Positions 23,542 through 33,898 of a DNA stretch of 64,000 bases are shown here, piece after piece. The notes below the pieces were generated by a model. The model did no database searches, was not told where the DNA came from, and worked only from the letters and a program-made list of their open reading frames with translations. Positions within the stretch are counted from its first letter, which is position 1; every line of letters starts with the position of its first letter. The position numbers were made by a program, and so were the translations under genes. The stretch is from NCBI GenBank assembly GCA_900547655.1, contig URHQ01000001.1, positions 1,748 through 65,747 on the forward strand, given 5' to 3'. This DNA comes from an uncultured Collinsella sp. GTDB lineage: Bacteria > Actinomycetota > Coriobacteriia > Coriobacteriales > Coriobacteriaceae.

Positions 23542-24468
23542 CTATGCCGGCTGACGATCGAGGCACGCGTCCCACATTTGGTCGCGTTCCTCTTGGCTAA
23601 TGCCCTTGAGTGTCTTGTCGATGAGTTTAAGCAGCTTGTCCGAGCCCTTGCGGCAGCCGACGTTTGCCGCGACCTCCTGCTTAAAGCCCTCGCCCTCGGC
23701 AAAATGGATGGGGACGATACCGGGATTTTGGGCCATATAGCCCTTCTCGTTCTCGGTGTTGTAAGTCACAGCGTCGCACGTGCCCTGCAGCAGATTCGAG
23801 AACACCGTGGGAACCGAATCGACCGGGTTCTTGTGCACAACGCCCGGGATCTCGTCGATGACGGTGTCGAGCATGGTGTCCTTTTGGCCGAGCACCGTGG
23901 CGCCGCTAAAGTCGCTGAGCTTGGTGGCGTTTTGGTAGGGGGAACCCTCTTTTACGAACAGGCCAAAGTAGCCAATGAAGTACGGGTCGGAGAAGCCGAC
24001 CGACTCCTCGCGCTCGGGCGTGGCGCTCATGCCGGCGATGATGAGGTCGATCTGGCCGTTGTTGAGCGAATCGATGAGGCCCGAGAAGCTCTGCTTGACG
24101 GCAACGGGCTCGCCGCCAAGGGCCTTGCAGACGATCTTTGCGATCTGAACATCGTAGCCATCGGCGTAAGCGCCCTGCACGTTGTCGATGGGGATGGTGT
24201 ACTCACTGGCTTCGGAAACCTGCCAGTTGTACGGGGCGTAGGCCGCCTCCATGCCAATGCGAATCTTGTCCTTGCCGATCACGGAATCGGACAGGTCGTC
24301 GCGACCGCCGCCCGTCGTGGGCTGAACCACCTTGAGCGTGGACGGGCGCTGACAGCCGGCGAGCGCGCCGGCGACGACGGAAGCGCTCGCAGCGAGAGCG
24401 CTACCCAAAAAGATGCGACGGCTGCATACCGGCTGGGTCTGCATGCCGCGCTGTTGCCGAGGTTGCAT
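23542..24468 (-). CDS. amino acid ABC substrate-binding lipoprotein (family 3)
   Basis: LAGC lipobox, GMEAAYAPYNW, GYDVQIA, AGMSATPER. Confidence 0.9.
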   Translation of the reverse strand: MQPRQQRGMQTQPVCSRRIFLGSALAASASVVAGALAGCQRPSTLKVVQPTTGGGRDDLSDSVIGKDKIRIGMEAAYAPYNWQVSEASEYTIPIDNVQGAYADGYDVQIAKIVCKALGGEPVAVKQSFSGLIDSLNNGQIDLIIAGMSATPEREESVGFSDPYFIGYFGLFVKEGSPYQNATKLSDFSGATVLGQKDTMLDTVIDEIPGVVHKNPVDSVPTVFSNLLQGTCDAVTYNTENEKGYMAQNPGIVPIHFAEGEGFKQEVAANVGCRKGSDKLLKLIDKTLKGISQEERDQMWDACLDRQPA

Positions 24469-24566
24469 CTGGTGCCTTCCCTATTTTGCGTTACTGACAA
24501 TAAGACAGGATATACGCCCGCAACCAGCAGCGCGGCATGTGCGCGAAAAATTAATAGACACACAGC

Positions 24567-24595
24567 AGTCGTTTAAGAACGTCCCCAATGACTAC
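24567..24595. repeat. half copy of palindrome A
   Basis: agtcgtttaagaacgtccccaatgactac, identical to the right half of the copy starting at 18370. Confidence 0.75.
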
Positions 24596-24600
24596 CTACC

Positions 24601-24635
24601 AAAAAGCCTCCCTGCCGGGGACGGCAGGGAGGCTT
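24601..24635 (-). terminator. terminator after the aldose epimerase gene
   Basis: aagcctccctgccg...cggcagggaggctt with a T run on the minus strand. Confidence 0.8.
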
Positions 24636-24649
24636 AGCGGGTGGGAAGG

Positions 24650-24672
24650 GACAAAGGGGCTGTCCCTTTGTC
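24650..24672. repeat. REP-like palindrome B
   Basis: gacaaaggggctgtccctttgtc. Confidence 0.75.
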
Positions 24673-24676
24673 ACGT

Positions 24677-25570
24677 CTAGAGCAGGGTGACGCTAAAGCT
24701 GCGGACGTCTGTCTCGCCCGGCGCCAGCGTAATGGTGTTGACCTTGTGCTCAAAGACGTCGTCCTCGGTGTCCATGGTGGTGTGACCGGTCCAGGGCTCG
24801 AGCGCCACAAACGGGGCGTCGTTGGCGGCAGACCACACGCCGATGTACTTAAAGCCCTCAAAGTCGATCTTGACGCCGTGGCCCGACTTGCGGCCGCGCA
24901 GCGTGAGCGTGGAGCCCGGGGTATCGGTGAACATGATGGCATCGTTATCGAAGCTGCGGTGCGTGATGGGCAGCACGTCCGAGTTATCGGGAGCCTTGTA
25001 GCTACCCTCGAACGTCATGAGGCCATCGGGCGTGATGACGGGGGCCTCGTTGGTCCAAGCCTCGGTAAACGCCAGCTCGTAATCCTCGAATACCTCGTCC
25101 CCGGCACCGGGGGCGGGCACGTTAAATGCAGGGTGACCGCCCACCGAGAACGGCAGGTCCACGTCGCCGGTGTTGGTGACGGCAAAGGTCTGCGTGAGCG
25201 TGGCGTCGCCGGTTAGGGCATAGGTCATGTTGAGCTTAAAGTGGAAGGGGAAAGCCTTGAGCGACTCAGGCGTGTCGGTGATCTCGTAGGTGACGGACGA
25301 GCCGTCCTCGGAGACCTCGACCAGCTTGTGCTCGACGATGCGCGCGAGGCCGTGGCGCGGCATCTCGCAGGCGCCAGCCGCAGACGTCGCCGTGTTGTTG
25401 CGCAGTGAGCCCACGATGGGGAACAGAATGGGCGCGTGCTTGCCCCAAAAGGCCGGGTCGCCCTGCCACAGATACTCATTGCCGTTGAGGGCAAGGCTCG
25501 TGAGCTGGGCACCCATGGAATCGATGGCCGCGGTAAGGCCACCGCGCTTGATGGTAGTGACGGTGGACAT
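24677..25570 (-). CDS. aldose 1-epimerase family protein (LacX-like)
   Basis: EYLWQGD..W..HAPILFP, HGLAR, GGHPAF, ALEPW. Confidence 0.9.
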   Translation of the reverse strand: MSTVTTIKRGGLTAAIDSMGAQLTSLALNGNEYLWQGDPAFWGKHAPILFPIVGSLRNNTATSAAGACEMPRHGLARIVEHKLVEVSEDGSSVTYEITDTPESLKAFPFHFKLNMTYALTGDATLTQTFAVTNTGDVDLPFSVGGHPAFNVPAPGAGDEVFEDYELAFTEAWTNEAPVITPDGLMTFEGSYKAPDNSDVLPITHRSFDNDAIMFTDTPGSTLTLRGRKSGHGVKIDFEGFKYIGVWSAANDAPFVALEPWTGHTTMDTEDDVFEHKVNTITLAPGETDVRSFSVTLL

Positions 25571-25649
25571 GCTACTTCCTCCAAAAGTAAACAACAGTGT
25601 CGAGGGCTATTGTCCCACTCTTGGCGGCAAGGAGAAGCGGCAGGCGCAG

Positions 25650-26519
25650 CTATTGAGCGATTGCGTAAAGGTCGAATCCGCCCTGCGGCGTGCTGTCGAC
25701 CGCATCGGGCGCCTGCGAGTTAAAGCTCACGGGAACCATGCGCTTTGAGGCGCGGAAGCGCGTGCCATCGGTGGCGACGGGCGGCTCGTCGACCGTGAGC
25801 TCGTAGTCGCCGGGCTTGAGTTCGATGCCGTCGCCAGCGGAGTTGACATATTGATACTCGTCAATCGCCTGCCCCCTGAGCGTGCGGCCCGCGATGTGGA
25901 TGAGCATCTGGCTGTCGCCGCGGGCGGTGTCCCATGTCGCACCGTCCTTGACCTCGACCGACACATGCACCGAGCGCGTGCGGCTGAGCGATTGTTCGAC
26001 AGACATCTCGACCTTGGCGGCATCTTTGCGCTGTTGTTCCACATGGCTCCAGACATTTCCGATCGCCGAGCAAGCGATGACGCCGGCCATGAAGGCGATG
26101 AGGATGGGGCCGAGCGGCGAGCGACGGCCAGCATCTTCCTCGCGAGCTAGGTTGGGGCGATGCGTGGGGGCGGGCGCCTGGGCACCCTGCGCGGGCACGT
26201 CGAGAATGCTGAAGGATGCCGTGCTGCCGGGATCGATGTTATGGCGCGGCTGCGGGGTCTTGGCCGGCGAGATGGACATGTCCGCCGGCTCACCGAGTGT
26301 GGCCGTGGCATCGGCCTTAGCCTCGTCGGCCTCGGCTTGGGCCCAAGCCTGCTCAAAGGTCAGGGGCTCGGCGGCATCGGAGGCGGCATCAGGCTCGACA
26401 GCGGCATCGTTGCCGGTCTCGTCCTCGTCGCTCGACACGTCACGCGGCGCAGGCTCGTCCCACCCCTCGTCCGGAGCCTCGCCCTCGCTATACCACCATT
26501 CAAAGTTATCGATATCCAT
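25650..26519 (-). CDS. hypothetical single-pass membrane protein
   Basis: Acidic low-complexity N-terminus, one TM (ILIAFMAGVIACSAIG), coding-like codon use. Confidence 0.7.
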   Translation of the reverse strand: MDIDNFEWWYSEGEAPDEGWDEPAPRDVSSDEDETGNDAAVEPDAASDAAEPLTFEQAWAQAEADEAKADATATLGEPADMSISPAKTPQPRHNIDPGSTASFSILDVPAQGAQAPAPTHRPNLAREEDAGRRSPLGPILIAFMAGVIACSAIGNVWSHVEQQRKDAAKVEMSVEQSLSRTRSVHVSVEVKDGATWDTARGDSQMLIHIAGRTLRGQAIDEYQYVNSAGDGIELKPGDYELTVDEPPVATDGTRFRASKRMVPVSFNSQAPDAVDSTPQGGFDLYAIAQ

Positions 26520-26689
26520 ACGGGGCGCCCCTTAGGCCTCGCAAATAAACACTTGCTAGCCTTATACCCCCAGACGGCACTGGAGCTCGCCGGCACAGAC
26601 AGGAAAACCGTCACAACATTCGACGCTTTTCCTCGATTTCGAGATTTTCGCCGAATGTTGTGACGGTTTGGGCGACTGGCTGGCAGCGC

Positions 26690-26722
26690 AATGCGACAAA
26701 GGGACTGTCTCTTTGTCACATT
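26690..26722. repeat. REP-like palindrome B
   Basis: aatgcgacaaagggactgtctctttgtcacatt. Confidence 0.8.
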
Positions 26723-26779
26723 CTGTTAGAGTTGCAGGGATTGAATCCCGCTTATTCATGCGACATTGGAGTGACAACC

Positions 26780-28009
26780 TTGACCGCCGCAACCACGCCT
26801 AAAAGTAAGTCAACCGCCGCCGCGCTCTCCCCCGCGCGCACCAATCTTTGCCTGGCGCTGCTCGTGTTGTTAGGCTTTTCGCTCGGCTGCTCCGAATTCG
26901 TGGTCATCGGCATCGAAAGTGACTTGGCGACGGAGCTCGGCATATCGCTTGCCACCGCGGGCCAGCTCATCAGCGTGTTTGCGCTTGTCTACGCCATCGC
27001 CACGCCGGCGCTTGCGCTCAGCACGGGGCGTTTTCGCCGCTACCAGCTGCTCGTGTGCTACAGCATCGTCTTTGTGCTGGGCAATCTTGTCATGGCTCTG
27101 GCGCCCAACTTCCAGGTGCTGTTCGCCTCGCGCATCATCCTGGGCTCCGTCTCGGGCGCACTGCTCGCCGTGGGTGTGACGTACATCCCCGAGCTTCTGT
27201 CCCCGCAGCAAACTTCGCTTGCCATCTCGGTGGTATATGGTGCGTTTTCCGTGGCAATGGTCTTTGTAACCTCGATTGGCAAGTTTGTGGCCGACACGCT
27301 CGACTGGCACGTGGCCATGTACGGCACGCTGACCTTTGCCGTTTTGATCTGCGGAGCGCTCGTGGCGTTTATGCCTCGCGCCGGGCAAACCGACGAGCCT
27401 GCCACCTTCCGCGAGCAGGCGGGGCTACTACGCGAGCCGAGTATCATTACCGGCATGCTCATCTTTTTGTTTGGCGTGGGGTCGGTCTACGTTTTCTACG
27501 GCTACGTGACGCCTTATCTTGAGCAGGTGCTGGGCATGGGCACGGTCGAAGCCAGCACCACGCTCATGGCCTATGGCGTGTTCTGCCTGATCTCGAACAT
27601 CCTGGGCGGATGGATCGATGCGCGCTTTGGCATGAAGGCGCTGCTTGTGACGTTTGTGCTGCAGGCTGCGGCGTTACTCGGGCTGTTTGCTGTGGGCGGC
27701 ACCATGCCGCTCGCGCTGGTCTTTGTCTTTAGCTTGGCGCTGCTCATGTACCTGTTCTCGGTGTCGTGCATCACGCACTTTATGGACGTGGCGCGCAGCC
27801 GCCATCCCAAGTCGATGGTACTCGCAAGTTCGGTTGAGCCCATGGCGTTTAACGTCGGCATCTCGTTTGGCACCGCGGTGGGCGGCGCCGTGGTAAGCAG
27901 CATTGGCATTGCGTACGTGGGCGCAGTGGGCGCCGCATTCTCACTTGTGGCCTGGGCGCTCACGCTGGTAACGATTAAGTTGGCTCGCTGGGAGCGTCGC
28001 CGCGGGTAG
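26780..28009 (+). CDS. MFS transporter (DHA1/AraJ-NepI-like)
   Basis: About 12 hydrophobic segments; SEFVVIG, AGQLISVFAL. Confidence 0.88.
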   Translation: MTAATTPKSKSTAAALSPARTNLCLALLVLLGFSLGCSEFVVIGIESDLATELGISLATAGQLISVFALVYAIATPALALSTGRFRRYQLLVCYSIVFVLGNLVMALAPNFQVLFASRIILGSVSGALLAVGVTYIPELLSPQQTSLAISVVYGAFSVAMVFVTSIGKFVADTLDWHVAMYGTLTFAVLICGALVAFMPRAGQTDEPATFREQAGLLREPSIITGMLIFLFGVGSVYVFYGYVTPYLEQVLGMGTVEASTTLMAYGVFCLISNILGGWIDARFGMKALLVTFVLQAAALLGLFAVGGTMPLALVFVFSLALLMYLFSVSCITHFMDVARSRHPKSMVLASSVEPMAFNVGISFGTAVGGAVVSSIGIAYVGAVGAAFSLVAWALTLVTIKLARWERRRG

Positions 28010-28252
28010 CGCAATTGCAGCCAAAAGCCGCAGCACCGCCCGCCATCTTTTGACCGCCTGGCGTTCGCTCCCGCAGCCATACAACACGTCGCCTGCCGCC
28101 CAAGTCAGTATCTTTCCCGGCGCTATTTAACCACGCAAAACGCATCCTGTTAAGATTATCGCTATCGTTTTTCGCAATCTGAAAATCGATAGAATCGCAG
28201 GTAGAGCTTTCGTAGTCTGAAATGGTCAATCCACACGAAAGGGGTTTACCAC

Positions 28253-29578
28253 ATGGACAAGAAAGCAGTTGTAATCGCCGGGGCCGGCAGCACCCACACC
28301 CCTGGCATCATCCAGAGCCTATTGCAGAAGAAAAACGAATTACCGCTGCGCAAACTCGCCCTGTACGACATCGACGAAAAGCGCATGCATCTCGTCTACG
28401 ACATCATGAAGCAGTTCATCGAGCAGGAAGCTCCTGACATCGAAGTTGTCGTGACGACCGATCCCGAAAAGGCATTCACCGATGTCGACTTCGTCTTCGC
28501 GCAAATCCGCCAGGGTGGCCTTCAGATGCGTCGCCAGGACGAGCGCATCCCTCTCAAGTACGGTTGCGTGGGACAGGAAACCTGCGGCGCCGGCGGTTCG
28601 ATCTCCTATGGCATCAGGTCTATCCCCGGCGTCTTCGACCTCGTACGCTACGCCAAGAAATACAGTCCAGACGCCTGGATCCTCAACTATTCCAACCCCG
28701 CCGCAGTTGTCGCCGAGGCCACGCGTCGCGAGTTTGGCAACGACCATATCCTTAACATCTGCGATATGCCCACGGCTATCTTGCTCTCGTACTCTAAGAT
28801 GCTTGGACTTCCCAGCTGGCGCGATATCGACCCCATGTATTTTGGACTCAATCACTTTGGCTGGTTTACCAAAATCTACGACAAGCAGGGGCGCGATCGT
28901 CTGCCGGAGCTTCGTCAGATGATTCTCGAGCACGGCATGGCCGTGAGCGACAAGCATCACAAGGACAAGGACTGGATGCACACCTGGGGTCAATACGTCA
29001 AGATTGTGAAGGACTATCCCGAGTATCTGCCCAACAGCTACCTGCAGTACTACCTGTACTCCAAAGACATGGCAGATGACATGGACCCCAACTGGACGCG
29101 CGCCGACAACGTCATCAACGGACGCGAGAAGGAGATGTTTGCCGAGCACGACAAGTACCTGGCAGATCCCGCCAATTACAAGAGCCCCGTACAGAGCTTC
29201 ACGGTCTTTGGCGACTTTATCGTCGACGCAGCCGCCTCTATCGCCTACAACAAGTGCGAACGTTATCTCGTAATCGTCGAGAATAACGGCGCCATCCCCA
29301 ATCTGCCCGACGACGCCATGGTCGAGGTTCCCGCCTACCTGCGCTCTTGGGGCCCCGAACCCATCAGCCAGCCTGCTATCCCCACCTTTTACAAGGGGCT
29401 TATCGAAGAGCAGAATGCCAGCGAAAAGCTCGCCGTCGACGCATATTACGAGCATTCCTACCAGAAGGCGCTCGAAGCCATCGCAATCAACAAGACCGTC
29501 CCTTCGACTACCGTCGCGCGCCAAATCCTCGACGACCTGATCGAAGCGAACGGCGATTATTGGCCGACCCTGTCCTAA
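28253..29578 (+). CDS. GH4 6-phospho-alpha-glucosidase (copy 1)
   Basis: GAGST, GQETCG, NYSNP, ICDMP, GLNHFGW. Confidence 0.9.
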   Translation: MDKKAVVIAGAGSTHTPGIIQSLLQKKNELPLRKLALYDIDEKRMHLVYDIMKQFIEQEAPDIEVVVTTDPEKAFTDVDFVFAQIRQGGLQMRRQDERIPLKYGCVGQETCGAGGSISYGIRSIPGVFDLVRYAKKYSPDAWILNYSNPAAVVAEATRREFGNDHILNICDMPTAILLSYSKMLGLPSWRDIDPMYFGLNHFGWFTKIYDKQGRDRLPELRQMILEHGMAVSDKHHKDKDWMHTWGQYVKIVKDYPEYLPNSYLQYYLYSKDMADDMDPNWTRADNVINGREKEMFAEHDKYLADPANYKSPVQSFTVFGDFIVDAAASIAYNKCERYLVIVENNGAIPNLPDDAMVEVPAYLRSWGPEPISQPAIPTFYKGLIEEQNASEKLAVDAYYEHSYQKALEAIAINKTVPSTTVARQILDDLIEANGDYWPTLS

Positions 29579-29602
29579 CTCCCCGCGCATCGAAGGAACA
29601 TC

Positions 29603-31183
29603 ATGAAAGAAAGCAAGCTCTACACCGAGTTCCAGAGACTCGGCAAGGTGCTCATGGCGCCGGTCCTCCTCCTGCCCGTTTCCGGCATTTTGGTCGGTCT
29701 GGGCTCCGCCCTTTCCAATGCTAACCTCATCTCGCTCTGCCCGTTTTTGGGCACCGAGCCGATGGTGATCTTTAGCACGCTCATCAAAGCAGCCGGCAAC
29801 GTTATCAATGGTAACATCTCGGTTCTCTTTGCGATCTGCATTGCCTACGGTTACGCCAAGGCCGAGAAGGCGACCGCCGCACTCTCAGGCTTCATCGGCT
29901 ACATGACCATGAACACGATCATGGGTCAGCTGCTTATCCTGCTGGGCATCATCGATCCCGCCAACCTGCAGACCGGTCAGAACGCCATCCTGGGCGTAAC
30001 CACACTCGACACCGGCGTATTCGGCGGCATCATCATCGGCTTGGTAGTCGCGTGGATCCACAACCGATTCTATAAGGTGCAGCTTCCGCCGGTGCTCGGC
30101 ATCTTCAACGGCACACGCTGCGTCCCCGCCCTCACCGTCGTTTTCGCGAGCCTGGTGGGCGTTGCGCTCGCCTTCGTGTTTCCGTTTGTGCAAACCGGCC
30201 TAAAGGCCGCCTCGACACTCATCGATTCCACCGGGGTGTTTGGCGCGTTCATCTATGGCTTCTCCGAGCGCATGCTTCTGCCCTTCGGCCTGCATCATTT
30301 CATCTACCTGCCGTTTTTCTTCACTTCTCTGGGCGGTAGCATCCAGGTTGACGGCCAGACCGTCGAGGGTGCTGTCAACATCTACAACGCCATGCTCAAC
30401 ACGCCCGGCATGATGTACGACATCGACATCTCAAAATACGTCATGAACGGCAAGGTGCTGTTCGCCATGTGCGGCCTGCCCGCGGCGGCGCTCGCCATCT
30501 ACCACTGTGCCCGTCCCGAGAATAAAAAGAAGGTCGGCTCCCTCATGATCGCCGCCGTCATTCCGGCCGCCATCATGGGCATAACCGAACCGCTCGAGTA
30601 CTCCTTCCTCTTTGTAGCGCCCGTACTCTATGTGGTCCACGCCCTGCTGTGCGGCATCGCGTATGTACTCACCTATCTGGTACAGTTCAATGTGCCCGGG
30701 CCTTCCGCCTTCGGCGGACCGCTCCTCTCGTGGATCTTCAACGGCATCATGAACGCCGACAAAGGCTCCAACTGGTTCTGGCTTATTCCACTCGGCATCG
30801 CTTACTTCGGGATCTATTACGTGCTGTTCCGCACCTTTATCAAGAAATTTGACCTCAAAACCCCGGGCCGCGAGGATGATGACACGCAGGCAGCGGATGA
30901 CACGTCGGCCATCGACTCCAAGACACCTGTCCAGGTAAGCGACCTCATCCCGCAGATCGTGGATGCCGTGGGCGGCGCCGATAACATCTCGGGCGTCAAC
31001 GCCTGCTTCACCCGCCTGAGGCTCAGCCTCAAAGACACCGCCCTAGTCAAGGACGATAGCGTCTTCACCAAAAACCTCGGCGCCAGTGCCATCGTGCACG
31101 TTGGCGGCGGCGTTCAGATCGTTTACGGCAATAAGGCTTCTGTCTACAAAGTCGAAATGAGAGAATACTTGGGCATGGAATAA
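29603..31183 (+). CDS. PTS glucose/maltose family EIICB (copy 1)
   Basis: QRLGK, DTGVFGG, PFGLHH, GITEPLE, EIIB motif ACFTRLR. Confidence 0.93.
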   Translation: MKESKLYTEFQRLGKVLMAPVLLLPVSGILVGLGSALSNANLISLCPFLGTEPMVIFSTLIKAAGNVINGNISVLFAICIAYGYAKAEKATAALSGFIGYMTMNTIMGQLLILLGIIDPANLQTGQNAILGVTTLDTGVFGGIIIGLVVAWIHNRFYKVQLPPVLGIFNGTRCVPALTVVFASLVGVALAFVFPFVQTGLKAASTLIDSTGVFGAFIYGFSERMLLPFGLHHFIYLPFFFTSLGGSIQVDGQTVEGAVNIYNAMLNTPGMMYDIDISKYVMNGKVLFAMCGLPAAALAIYHCARPENKKKVGSLMIAAVIPAAIMGITEPLEYSFLFVAPVLYVVHALLCGIAYVLTYLVQFNVPGPSAFGGPLLSWIFNGIMNADKGSNWFWLIPLGIAYFGIYYVLFRTFIKKFDLKTPGREDDDTQAADDTSAIDSKTPVQVSDLIPQIVDAVGGADNISGVNACFTRLRLSLKDTALVKDDSVFTKNLGASAIVHVGGGVQIVYGNKASVYKVEMREYLGME

Positions 31184-31260
31184 ATCCGTCCCATAGCTTC
31201 ACCACAATGCTCCGGAGATGGCATATCCGCTCCGGGGCATTATTGTTTGGAGTGATTTGA

Positions 31261-32061
31261 ATGTCGATGTACGAGGTCTATTCGAACCTCAGGTCTTGTA
31301 TCGAAGACGTCGAGAAGGGCGGCAGCCTTGACGGCCACATCGCACTCTACGCCCTTTCCCATCACGACGAGGTCCCAGAGCTCTCAATAGAAGAACTTGC
31401 CCGCGCATGCAATACATCGCCCGCGACCATCTCGCGCTTCTGCAGGCGCGTAAACGGCTCGAGCTTTCGATCGTTCAAAGAGCAAGTTGACGACTTCAAC
31501 GCTTGGCTCCAGCGTGAGACAACCGAGACAAGGGCTCATAAGCAAATCGATATACCCTGGTATTTCGATATCGTAGAGACCTCTTTGCTTGAAACAAAAC
31601 GCCTGCTCACTGAGGATCGACTCGAGCGGGCCGTTGACTGGCTTCTCGATGCGCAAAATGTCTACGTATACGGAAGCTCATTCTCCAATCTCGTCGCCCG
31701 CTCACTCTGCGAAAAGCTGAGCCGCGTAAACCGACTGTGCTTCTCATTTGGCTCCGTCAAGGGACAGGAGACGTCGCTCTGTCTGCTCCAACCCGACGAT
31801 CTAACCGTCTTTGTATCGTTCTCAGGGAAGACGAGCCATATCTTCAATCTTTACGTTGAGGCCAAGCGGCGAGGTTGCCGCGTTATTTGGATATCGAGCA
31901 ACATGGCATTCGATAACAACGGGGCACGTGAGCTCTTGCTACCCGTAAGCGCGGAGTCACTCAGCGAGTACTCGACCGCCCTGGTAGAGGGCATGAGCCT
32001 ACAAAGCGCGGTTAACGCTCTGTATATCAGCTGTGCAAATCGACTTCGGGCGCAGCGCTAG
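31261..32061 (+). CDS. MurR/RpiR family regulator
   Basis: SIEELARACNTSPATISRFC HTH plus SIS domain (SFSG). Confidence 0.88.
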   Translation: MSMYEVYSNLRSCIEDVEKGGSLDGHIALYALSHHDEVPELSIEELARACNTSPATISRFCRRVNGSSFRSFKEQVDDFNAWLQRETTETRAHKQIDIPWYFDIVETSLLETKRLLTEDRLERAVDWLLDAQNVYVYGSSFSNLVARSLCEKLSRVNRLCFSFGSVKGQETSLCLLQPDDLTVFVSFSGKTSHIFNLYVEAKRRGCRVIWISSNMAFDNNGARELLLPVSAESLSEYSTALVEGMSLQSAVNALYISCANRLRAQR

Positions 32062-32185
32062 CCGCAAACACGCTAGGACCGAAAAGAACGCACCTCACCA
32101 TCGCAAGGCTTCCGAATACACGATAGGCAGCGCCAAAAGAGAGCAGCAAGCGCATCATGTACTTGCCCATTCGCCCCAAAACAGC

Positions 32186-32225
32186 ACAGGTCGGCGCCCG
32201 ATTGAAGAATCGGACGCCGACCTGT
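32186..32225. terminator. hairpin between convergent units
   Basis: acaggtcggcg-c-ccgatt...aatcgg-a-cgccgacctgt. Confidence 0.65.
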
Positions 32226-32253
32226 ATTAATCTTGATCGTGTGTTTGGGGCGT

Positions 32254-33816
32254 TTATTCCATACCCAGCAGCTCGCGCATCTGAGTTGCGTAGTTAGAAG
32301 CCATATTACCGTAGACAATCTGCACGCCACCGTTAACATGCACGATGCCGCGCGCTTCGAGCTTTTCGGTAAACTCGGCGTCATCAACCACCTTGTCACA
32401 GTCATTGAGCTGGATGCGCAGACGGGTGAAGCAGGCCTCGACAGACTTAATGTTGTTGTCGCCGCCCACTGCCTCAACGATGGCGGGAATGAGGTCGCTG
32501 ATCACGGTCTTGGGAGCCTTTTCGGCCTCATCGTCGGACTCTTCCTCGCGGCCGGGGGTCTTAAGGCCCTTCTTAAGAATGATGAACTTGAAGACGAAGT
32601 AGTACACCACGAAGTAGATAGGGCCGAGGAACAGGATAACCTGCCAGTTGGAGCCCTTGGCTGCACCCATAATGCCGTTAAAGATCAACGACAAGAGCGG
32701 GCCGCCGAAGGACGCGGAACCGGCCACGTTGAACTGCAGGATATAGGTCAGCGCATAGGCAAGACCAGCCATGAGAGCGTGGAACACGTAGAGGATGGGC
32801 GCGATGAACAGGAAGGAGTACTCGAGCGGCTCGGTAATGCCGGAGAGGATGCAAGGCACCACGATGGCAATCATGAGCGCTGCGGTCTTCTTCTTGTTCT
32901 TGGGAAGTGCCGTCTTGTAGAAGGCGAGTGCAGCGCCGGGCAGGCCGAACATGGCGAAGATAACCTTGCCGTTCATGACAAAACGGCTGACCTCGATGTT
33001 AAACGGCGTGCTGGGAGAGCCCAGGATCGCGTTGTAGATATTGATAGCGCCCTGAACAGTCTGGCCGTCGATGGTCTCGACGCCACCGAGCGACGTGAAG
33101 AAGAACGGCAAATAGACAAAGTGATGCAGGCCAAAGGGCAGGAGCATGCGCTCGCCGGCGCCGTAGACAAATGCACCAAAGGCACCCGTAGTCTTGATGA
33201 ACTCGGACAGCGCACCGAGAGCGTTCTGAATAAACGGGAAAACAAAGGACATGACCAATGCGAGGATGCTGCATGAGAGCAGCGTCACCGCCGGAATAAA
33301 GCGTGTGCCGTTGAAGATGGAGAACACGGCAGGCAGCTCAATCTTGTAGTAACGGTTATGCAACCATGCGACGATTGCACCCACCAGAAGACCGCCGATA
33401 ACGCCAGTGTCGAGCGTGGTGATGCCGAGGATCGTGCTCTGGCCCGTCGTAAGATTCGCGGGATCGATAACGCCAGTCGCCGTAAGGAACGTGCCCATCA
33501 CGGAGTTCATGCACATGTAGCCCAAAAAGCCACAAAGCGCCGCGGTAGCCTTCTCGGACTTGGCGAAGCCATAGGCGAGACAAATCGAGAAGATAACCGG
33601 GATGTTGTTCATAACGATGCCGGCTGCGGCCTTAAGAATCGAAAAGAAAATCGCAAAGCCCGGAGCAGCAAGCCAGGGAACAGCTGCCGTAAGGGTGGGG
33701 CTGGTAAAGGCATTGCCAAAGCCCTGAAGAATGCCGGCGATTGGCAGGATCAAGACAGGCGTCATGAGGACTTTGCCCAGGCGCTGGAACTTTGCCAGCA
33801 GCTCATCTTTGTTCAT
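32254..33816 (-). CDS. PTS glucose/maltose family EIICB (copy 2)
   Basis: Same motifs as copy 1, including ACFTRLR. Confidence 0.93.
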   Translation of the reverse strand: MNKDELLAKFQRLGKVLMTPVLILPIAGILQGFGNAFTSPTLTAAVPWLAAPGFAIFFSILKAAAGIVMNNIPVIFSICLAYGFAKSEKATAALCGFLGYMCMNSVMGTFLTATGVIDPANLTTGQSTILGITTLDTGVIGGLLVGAIVAWLHNRYYKIELPAVFSIFNGTRFIPAVTLLSCSILALVMSFVFPFIQNALGALSEFIKTTGAFGAFVYGAGERMLLPFGLHHFVYLPFFFTSLGGVETIDGQTVQGAINIYNAILGSPSTPFNIEVSRFVMNGKVIFAMFGLPGAALAFYKTALPKNKKKTAALMIAIVVPCILSGITEPLEYSFLFIAPILYVFHALMAGLAYALTYILQFNVAGSASFGGPLLSLIFNGIMGAAKGSNWQVILFLGPIYFVVYYFVFKFIILKKGLKTPGREEESDDEAEKAPKTVISDLIPAIVEAVGGDNNIKSVEACFTRLRIQLNDCDKVVDDAEFTEKLEARGIVHVNGGVQIVYGNMASNYATQMRELLGME

Positions 33817-33898
33817 GGGATACCCCTCTTAAAGAAACGGGGCGTGCAGCTCTACAGCCCACACGCCCCATAACAGTTATCAAGCGCTATGGAACTAG

